From a virus (Duplodnaviria > Heunggongvirae > Uroviricota > Caudoviricetes): a stretch of DNA of 41,272 nt. The stretch is taken from the IMG/VR virus record IMGVR_UViG_3300014204_000001, positions 138,011 through 179,282 of that record; one strand, given 5' to 3'. Positions 1 to 7,300 of the stretch are shown piece by piece; within the stretch, counting starts at the first letter, position 1, and the number at the start of each line of letters is the position of its first letter. The notes under the pieces were generated by a model, which saw only the letters and a list, made by a program, of their open reading frames with translations, ran no database searches and had not been told where the DNA came from. The position numbers and the translations under genes were made by a program.

Positions 1-837
1 CGGTTTCTTCTCAAGGCCGATTCGGGCAGCCTGCGGCTCGCTGAAGTTGGCGCCTCCTGGGGAGACCTGCGCGTAGCCCTCAGGACGCTGCTTCTGATCC
101 AGCGCACCGATCTCAGTGACCTTGGCAGCCTGCGCGAAGGTGTTGCCCTTGTCGCCGCCCTGGATGAGGCTGCCGGCAATCTTGCGGATCTCCTCACGGA
201 GGGCTGCCTTCTTGCCCGGATCCTGGGTCAACGAGTTGCTGCCCGCGGGGCTCTCACCAGGCTTCTTGTCGTGGTTCTCGAGCGACCCGATGTGTCCTTG
301 CAAGGTGCTCAGCGCAGTATCACCCTGCGGGACCTGGTAGGTACCCTGCGGACGCTGCTTTTGGTCCAGAGCGCCGATCTCAGTGACCTTGGCAGCCTGT
401 TCAGGGGTGTTGCCCTTGTCGCCGCCCTGGACGAGCGAGCCAGCCGACTTCTCCATCAGATCCACAGCGACCTTCGAAGCCACCTCAGCGTAGGTATCAT
501 CGCTGTTGATGGCTGCGGCGGTCTTGTAGAGAGTTTCGGCTCCCATCTTGGCTGCCTCAACAGCGGGCGGCCCACCAGCGCCAGCCTGGGCCATCAGCTG
601 GTGGGCGATCTCGATCAGCTTGTTGGCGACGGCGGCGACCTCCTCAGGGGAGTGACCCTCGGGGCCCGAAACCTCGGGTCCAGCGCCTGGGATGTTCGGA
701 CCGCTCTCTTCCGGCATCACGTCAGCGACCGCGTCGGCGGCCTCGTCGGCAGCCTGCTTGGAAGGGAACGCCACGACGCCCTGGCGAATGAGCTCGTGAT
801 TGATGCCACGGACATGAGCGCGCTTAAACAGACCCAT
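1..837 (-). CDS. Putative virion/scaffold-like protein with K-x-A motifs and an internal 33-aa repeat (partial, runs off left edge)
   Basis: Translated by hand: ATG at 837 with GAGGAG RBS, open to position 1 (MGLFKRAHVRGINHELIRQGVVAFPSKQAADEAADAVADVM...). Ala/Gly/Pro/Glu-rich; KQAA, KTAA, KSAG, KIAG motifs. Function inferred from composition and context only. Confidence 0.75.
   Translation of the reverse strand, partial: MGLFKRAHVRGINHELIRQGVVAFPSKQAADEAADAVADVMPEESGPNIPGAGPEVSGPEGHSPEEVAAVANKLIEIAHQLMAQAGAGGPPAVEAAKMGAETLYKTAAAINSDDTYAEVASKVAVDLMEKSAGSLVQGGDKGNTPEQAAKVTEIGALDQKQRPQGTYQVPQGDTALSTLQGHIGSLENHDKKPGESPAGSNSLTQDPGKKAALREEIRKIAGSLIQGGDKGNTFAQAAKVTEIGALDQKQRPEGYAQVSPGGANFSEPQAARIGLEKKP
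76..441 (-). repeat. Two 99-nt in-frame direct repeats (343-441 and 76-174)
   Basis: GSLVQGGDKGNTPEQAAKVTEIGALDQKQRPQG vs GSLIQGGDKGNTFAQAAKVTEIGALDQKQRPEG; DNA near-identical (gatctcagtgaccttggcagcctg, gtgttgcccttgtcgccgccctgga). Confidence 0.9.
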
Positions 838-950
838 TTCAGTCTCCTCGATTCGACTGGCCGCAGCATAGGCCAGAGCTGTCAGTTTTGCAAAACGGAG
901 TGGCGGGAATAGCCATCACTCCACGAATATAGACCAAACTTGGCAGAACA

Positions 951-1550
951 TCACCACTGTACTGGCCTTCCAGTTATCTGCGCCATCTGTTCGGAGATCG
1001 GTGTACCTTCATCTACTCGGTGTGGCATCGGCGGTGCTTCTGCTACTGGCGGTAACAACGGCCTCAGAGGTGCCTTTGCGTTAAACCCTGAACCTAGAGC
1101 GTGCCCGAACTGCCCGCCCAAGACACCACCACCCATCTGGCCAACCATACCCAAAGGCGTTCCGGCGAACCCGCCAAGTGTGCTACCGATCATGCTTCCT
1201 ACCGCAGATCCCCGAGCTTCTGCGGGAGCCTGCGCCGACTGGTACAGTCCATACAAAGGCATCCCATACAGCATGGCAGCCTGAGCGAGGCCACCTTTCG
1301 TATTCAGCGGGGCTGTCTTGAATACGTTGCGCAGCATACCATCTTCTGCGAAGAGCCCATTGTTCTTCAACTGGGTGTAGAACTTTTTGGGATCGCCAAG
1401 CATGAACTGCTTAGCTCGGCCCGGCCAGGTCTTAAAGTCGGGCTTTAGATAGTTGCGAACGGCGCTCCAGTCGACGGTGGACGCGACTTTGGCACACCCG
1501 TAGTAGGCGAGTGCATCAGAGCAACCGTGCTGGTGTGCGGTTTTGCGCAT
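951..1550 (-). CDS. Hypothetical protein with Gly-rich hydrophobic (glycine-zipper-like) C-terminal half; putative virion protein
   Basis: 199 aa; start overlaps the upstream stop (TGATG coupling); GSMIGSTLGGFAGTPLGMVGQMGGGVLGGQFG segment; N-terminal AHQHGCSDALAYYG motif shared with two neighbours. Confidence 0.7.
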   Translation of the reverse strand: MRKTAHQHGCSDALAYYGCAKVASTVDWSAVRNYLKPDFKTWPGRAKQFMLGDPKKFYTQLKNNGLFAEDGMLRNVFKTAPLNTKGGLAQAAMLYGMPLYGLYQSAQAPAEARGSAVGSMIGSTLGGFAGTPLGMVGQMGGGVLGGQFGHALGSGFNAKAPLRPLLPPVAEAPPMPHRVDEGTPISEQMAQITGRPVQW

Positions 1551-3349
1551 CAGTACTTTCCGTCGGAACCCGAACCAAACTCTGCGCCATAAGCATAGGC
1601 GGGCACAGGATTAGCCCCGTGAAAATCGGTTACGTCACCAAAATGGACGCCCTTGAGCAGGCTATCCTTCAGGTACCGGTGAGCCAAGCGGGCCATCCAA
1701 TCAGGGTTCAGGAGAGGGTTTCGGGTCATGGGCTTCATAATGAACTCTACCCGTGGCGCATCCTCGGCGATATCCACCGTTTTATAGCCGTGACTCCGCA
1801 AAGTGTTCAGCACCGATGCTGTAAGCGGTGTGCCTACAGTAAAGTGCATCGTCTCTTTACCTAGTAAATGACCTTCGGCTTTATCTAGCGGAAGCGTTTT
1901 GGTATGTACCGCTATTGCGTTCTTGTAGGTGGGGTATGGGACAATATCTCCACGCAGCAGCTCGGGATGCTTATCCGAATGGTCTAGCACGCGTACGTGA
2001 TTAAGCTCGGCGCGCGCAAGGAGTTCGAAGTGACGCTTGTCGAGGTCACCAGCCTGACCCTTGTAAACGGCGTGAAGCGCATCCGCGAGATACTGCCGCC
2101 CGGCCCCAAGACCTTTGTGCCGCACCACCTCATCGGGCTTAGGGATACCTTCCGAAAGGACATCGCCCGCCTCCACCTTTTGTCCCACGTGGACAAGGAT
2201 CTGGAGAAGTGGGGAGATGTAATGCTCCACGCCGCCGATGTAGACGTAGTGTCCGCCGTGCGGGGCAGGAATGATCTTTTCGACAGAACCTGGCACCTCG
2301 GACAACGTGGCCTTGTGGAAGAAGCTCTGCGGAACCTCGATAAGTTGCCGCACACCCTGCAGGCCCTCGGGCATCTTCGAGGTACCCTTAAGCAAACGCA
2401 CGCCGTGCTTGGCGTTCAAGGAGAACTGGGTTAAAGGTTCCGACAGCGCCTGCGCAGCGCGTACGCCGACGTTTACGCCGATGTTGTGCGGCTGCCCCTT
2501 CTCGTCTAGGCCTTGGCACTTGCGGCAAACACCCTCGTGAGCCTCACAGGTAAGCGGAGAACGCACGAAGATCTCCGCGTGGTTGTTACGGAGCTTGGAG
2601 ATCAACCCGAGCGTAACTAGCTCATTTCGCTTGTGCCCTTCGATGTCACGCGCGATGTAACGCCCGACGACGTGGCCATCCGAAGTCGACATCGGAATGC
2701 CGTTCTTCGTTCCGCAATCATCCTGGGTTATGACCAGCGAATACATACTATTGATCATGATCTTCGACAGATCGCCAGGTTCCGCGACAGACGTCGAACT
2801 CTTGACCGTGTTGATGCGCGCTTCGTTGCCAGTCACCCAGTACTCGGCTGGAGAGAGCCCCTCGGAATACGAGTGACTGATCAGCCAAGGGGTCAGGACG
2901 CCCTTAGCGTCCACGGCAGCGACGGGGGACGCAACCGTCTTCATGAGCTGTGGGATGTTACCGCGGGCACCAGAGAGCGCCATGCCGGTCATGGTGCCGG
3001 GATGCTCTTTGGTGTGTGCCAACATCTTGTCCTGCACATCGAGGATGATTTTTTCCCGGTCGCTCTGCGACTCAGCCTTCTTGAATGCCTCAAGGGCGGG
3101 ACGCATGATCGCGTCGCGTTTCTCGTAATACGGTGCACAGTCGTCAAGCCCAACCGAAACGCCCTCTAGGGTTGATAGCTTGTCGCCAATCTGTTTCAAT
3201 CGGGAGACAACCTCGACGTACTTGTCGGGCTGTTGCTTGCCGATTGCGATCAGCTTTTTGGTAAGTGCGGACTTCGTCAACGGATCCGTGGACTTGTAGC
3301 CCTCCGGCAGGACCCCGTTGATCAAAAGTTGCCCGAGAGTCTGCGCCAT
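1550..3349 (-). CDS. rpoC: DNA-directed RNA polymerase beta' subunit, C-terminal part (RpoC2-like)
   Basis: SGARGN; SYSEGLSPAEYW...EPGDLSKIMI...DDCGT (bridge helix region); RSPLTC...GVCRKCQG (Zn site); GVNVGVRAAQALSEPLTQFSLNAKH (trigger loop, cf. [25 protein letters not shown]). Confidence 0.92.
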   Translation of the reverse strand: MAQTLGQLLINGVLPEGYKSTDPLTKSALTKKLIAIGKQQPDKYVEVVSRLKQIGDKLSTLEGVSVGLDDCAPYYEKRDAIMRPALEAFKKAESQSDREKIILDVQDKMLAHTKEHPGTMTGMALSGARGNIPQLMKTVASPVAAVDAKGVLTPWLISHSYSEGLSPAEYWVTGNEARINTVKSSTSVAEPGDLSKIMINSMYSLVITQDDCGTKNGIPMSTSDGHVVGRYIARDIEGHKRNELVTLGLISKLRNNHAEIFVRSPLTCEAHEGVCRKCQGLDEKGQPHNIGVNVGVRAAQALSEPLTQFSLNAKHGVRLLKGTSKMPEGLQGVRQLIEVPQSFFHKATLSEVPGSVEKIIPAPHGGHYVYIGGVEHYISPLLQILVHVGQKVEAGDVLSEGIPKPDEVVRHKGLGAGRQYLADALHAVYKGQAGDLDKRHFELLARAELNHVRVLDHSDKHPELLRGDIVPYPTYKNAIAVHTKTLPLDKAEGHLLGKETMHFTVGTPLTASVLNTLRSHGYKTVDIAEDAPRVEFIMKPMTRNPLLNPDWMARLAHRYLKDSLLKGVHFGDVTDFHGANPVPAYAYGAEFGSGSDGKY

Positions 3350-3350
3350 C

Positions 3351-3656
3351 TCAAACTCCGCTGAACATGCCTACACCGCTAGGAGCAGCGCCCCGGCCAA
3401 GAGAATTTGCAGCCTCGATGCTCGTAGGGTTCCCCCAACGAGTGGGGCGGTCAAGATTGCGCGGTTGGCGCCGGTCCCCTACAGATGTGTAGGACTCGGA
3501 CTCGGCTTGGAGGAGCTTGCTGAGGCGTTCCGCACCAAGGTGCTTTGGGCCATCAGGCATGCGCTGATGCGTACTAACCTCGGCCGCAAGGCGCACCCCG
3601 AAGGAACTCAAGGCGTCCATGACGCCTTCATTGTACACAGACGCCTTGAGTTGCAT
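3351..3656 (-). CDS. Hypothetical protein (putative virion protein)
   Basis: 101 aa, tightly packed between neighbours; N-terminal VYNEGVMDALSSFG motif shared with 951-1550 and 4215-4364. Confidence 0.7.
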   Translation of the reverse strand: MQLKASVYNEGVMDALSSFGVRLAAEVSTHQRMPDGPKHLGAERLSKLLQAESESYTSVGDRRQPRNLDRPTRWGNPTSIEAANSLGRGAAPSGVGMFSGV

Positions 3657-3659
3657 GGG

Positions 3660-4157
3660 TTACTTCTCCTCAGGAACAGAGGCAGGGGACTCTGTGGCTG
3701 GCGCAGGGTCTTCCTTGAGCTCTTCTGCAGTGACCGGCGGAACGACAGGCGATACGACAACATTCTTGTCATCACGCTGAAGCTGCGGGGTCACAACTTC
3801 GCTTGGAATGCGTGTCAAGCCGAGCTTGGCAAGGATGAGCGCTTCGAGTTTCTCTCGGGCCATCACGTCCAGGCCGCGCCGTGCGGCCTCACCCTCAGCC
3901 CACTTCAGCGCCTCCTCGAGCTTCATGGCAGCTGGCGGTTTCTCGCCTGTAGCGACAAGCTTCTTGCGCGCCCACTCCTCGGCGTAGCCAATGGCGTGCA
4001 TCAGTACCTCGTGGAGCTTGTTCTCTTTGGCCCCATCGAGTTGAACTTGGGTCTTGTTGGTGAGGAACCGGATGACGATTGTAACCAGCACCGGCGCGAG
4101 AATAGTGACCACGATCTCGAGCAGATGGTCCAGCAGGATTGTGAGGTATGGGTTCAT
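3660..4157 (-). CDS. Holin-like membrane protein (LL-H-family-like)
   Basis: AAGGAG RBS; single N-terminal hydrophobic helix (LLEIVVTILAPVLVTIVIRFL) followed by AIGYAEE...GEK...A...LEALILAKLG, a pattern I associate with LL-H holins. Not confirmed by search. Confidence 0.55.
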   Translation of the reverse strand: MNPYLTILLDHLLEIVVTILAPVLVTIVIRFLTNKTQVQLDGAKENKLHEVLMHAIGYAEEWARKKLVATGEKPPAAMKLEEALKWAEGEAARRGLDVMAREKLEALILAKLGLTRIPSEVVTPQLQRDDKNVVVSPVVPPVTAEELKEDPAPATESPASVPEEK

Positions 4158-4214
4158 GGATTCTCCTTCCCCGACGAAGTATTCGACTGCGGGGAACAGC
4201 CTAGCCTAAAAGAG

Positions 4215-4364
4215 CTACTTGGACAACTTGGCTGGAGGCGTCTTGCGCTCGCTCCAGCCTACTTCGGGCAACTTGAGCAGTGGTAATTGGGGTTTGGTAC
4301 ACGGCGTCTCGACGCGGTACTTTTCCTGTGCGGCGGCGACACCCCTTTCGTAGGCAGTGTTCAT
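4215..4364 (-). CDS. Small hypothetical protein, 49 aa (not in ORF track)
   Basis: ATG overlaps the RNAP stop (TGATG); MNTAYERGVAAAQEKYRVETPCTKPQLPLLKLPEVGWSERKTPPAKLSK; shares the N-terminal motif of two neighbours. Confidence 0.6.
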   Translation of the reverse strand: MNTAYERGVAAAQEKYRVETPCTKPQLPLLKLPEVGWSERKTPPAKLSK

Positions 4365-7300
4365 CACCCGATCTCCACAAGGTCGTTGAGTTTAAGCTCT
4401 CCGCGCTTGTATGCCGCAAGGGCTTCGGCTTGGGTCTTGTACTTGTGCGCTTTGCCGTCACTCTTCTTGCTCGTGGCGAGGTGGATGCCAAGCACGGCTT
4501 CGTGTCCTGGCGCCACCATAAGCTCGTCTCGCGACTTATCGCCGAAGATAAGGTTAGAGAGAGTCATGCGCTTAACCTCTTCCACCGCCTGCGGGAGCAC
4601 GGGTGTGTGCACCTGAAAGGTATCGCCGTCGTAGTCCGCGTTCATGCCTTTTTCGATAAAGGGGTTGACGCAGATAGTCTTGCCTGGCACAGGCACAGCA
4701 TACGCGCCGACGATGTTGTAGCGGTGCAAGGTCGGCGCTCGATTCACCATCACGGGCCGCTCCCTCGCTTCCGCCATCAGAGCGTCCCTGGCCGCTGGGT
4801 GTCGATTCTCGTACATCTCCTTGGCCTGCACGGCGCCAAAGCCCCGGCGAACTAGGCGCGCAATGATGAATTTTCCAAACATGTTCCAGAGCATCTCTTC
4901 CGGAATGCCGATCTGGTCCATACCCAGCGAACCATCAGGCGCAATGGTTCCGCGACCCGACATGTCCTGTTGGCGCTTCATAACCTTCTTTTGAAAAAAC
5001 GAGCTTTTGGGCGTAGTTTTTCCAGTCAAGTGCTCGAGGATGCCCTTGACGTTGCGCTTCTGGAGTTTGGGATTGTCCGTCTCGTGGGTACCAATCACTG
5101 CCCCAACTGCGGTGAAAAGATTCTTCCGCAGTTGGGCATGCTCGTCGGGCGGCAGAATCGGGTTCGCGTTCTGCCGCTCTAGCGTCTTGTTGTGCAAGAA
5201 TGCGCCCTGGTAGAGATAATTCGAGTCACCGACAACGAGCTCCTGCCCGCCATGTCCTGGCATCACTGGGCGCATGACAGGCGGAAGCACTGGCAACTTC
5301 GAGAGCACGTAGGCGTCGCCTGGACGCAGGTTCAGGCGCTTCAGGGCCTCGAGGTACTTTACCTGCTTCACGAGGTCATCTAGCTTGCTACTCTTGGCTG
5401 TCTTGATCTCGTCACGCAGCTCCTTGAGCTGATGCTCTACGTCGATGCCGTTGAGCTTCTTCTTCAGGGCTGCACCACCCTGTTCGAAGTGAACCTGCTC
5501 CAACTCCTTGTTGGTCATGCCCAGCAAGCGCCGAGCCGGCTCAGTGAACACAGGGTTAAGGATAGGCTCAGCCAACTCGATGTGCGTCCAGCGCGTGCCT
5601 GTGGCACCACCGGTAAGAACAGGATCAAAGAGCCCGCCACGCTCGGGCGCCAAGTCTTTGGCGCGTACTAGCTTCTCGTTCTCGAGCGCCCCAGAAGACA
5701 TCTTCTTGATGTCTGCAGCCGTTAACGGCATCAGAGTCGCCTTGCTACCCATCTTGTCGACCTTGATACCCGCAGCGTACATCATCGCTACAAACTTATC
5801 ATAGGCAAAGGGCGCCTTGACGTACGGCAACGGAAGGCCGAGCTGAACGGCGCGCCAGAATTCGTCGTTTCGCTGACTCTTGATCGTGGCGGCTTCCCGG
5901 AGCACCGTGCGCGCGTTATGCGCCACCAGCGCGTTGAACTCCATTGCACCGAGGCCTTTTGCCCCCTCGGTGCCACCCTTGGTCGGCTGCTGGTTTACGT
6001 CGTAACTTCCCGTGCCACGGGCGGCGAAGTTGGAGTCAGTTGTCTTGAAGAGCCGCAGCGTATACTGCTGGCCGACCAAGACGCCTGGGATGGTTTTTCC
6101 AGAGACGGGGTCGTAGACCGTCTCCTTGTCCTTGAGGCCATGCTCCTTGAGCAGATCTTTTGCCCCCTGCACGTTGTTACGTCCCGAGAAACTGGGAATG
6201 ACGATGGGCTTGCCCGTCTTCTCAGCAACCTTTCCGAGGGCTGTCTCGATGACTTGCGCGGGATTGATGCGGGAGATAACACCTGCGGAGGTGTAGAGGA
6301 TGTCGATGGGACACTTCTTTTCATCCTGGATCATTTGGTGATCCGGGATGATCCTGGAGATAACACCCTTGTTTCCGTAGCGGCCTGCTAACTTGTCCCC
6401 GACACGCATAGGCTCACGAGTACGAACAGTCACGACAACGCGCTTGTTCGACTGATAAACATCGATCACCTCGCCCTCGAAGTCGTGTTCCCAAATGCGT
6501 ACGATTTCCCGGTAGGGAAGCGCCAGCGACTTCTTCAGGTTACCCAGGAGAACATCAGTCGCAGAAGGCTTGGACTTCTGCACTCCGATAATCAGTGGAT
6601 CGTGAGGCAACACCTTCTGCCCCTTCTTGACGACGCCGCCATCGCCGAGCTTGGTGTACTGCTCCGCGGTATATTTAGAACCGTAGTATTGCCGATGGAG
6701 ATCGCGGGACATGAACGTGTCCATATCGACGTCTAAGATCTCCTTGTACATGTGCTCTGAGGTGAGCTTCTTCGCAGCGCTATCCGAGACCACCACAGCA
6801 TCATTAGAATTCAGTCCGTAGTAGGCCATGTACGCCACGTGCATGTTTCGTCCAAGCGCGAGCGTCCCATTGCGGGTGAAGTTCGAGTCGCCGAGAGTCT
6901 GATCCTCGTTAACGTGGTCGCCAGGTTTGACGGTGATGTTGTGGTTGAGGCTCGTCTTGGACGCGAAGGGGAAATTCGTCTCGTATGGAACCTTAACCAG
7001 GCTCTTATCAGACGCTTCCTTCTTACGCTCCTCGAGGTACTCCTCCTTGAAATCGTCCCAGGAGAACTCGTCCATGTTGCCGAAGCCCCATTCAGGGCCG
7101 TGCTTTTCGTAAGCTGCTTTTGCGTCCTCTTTGGACGCAAAACCAACCATGCACTTGTCTTCGTCGTAGTTTTTCTCCTTGTCCATCTGATGAACGACGA
7201 AGACTTTCTCGAAGACACCATCTTCCTTCAGGTAGACGTCCACACACTCATCGTCATCACCTACGGTCTTCGGAATGAAGCCGTAGCAGCACGACATGGT

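Noticed and set aside
271-912. 213-aa plus-strand ORF
   Set aside because: Antisense shadow of the minus-strand gene at 1-837, which has an SD and a coherent internal repeat.
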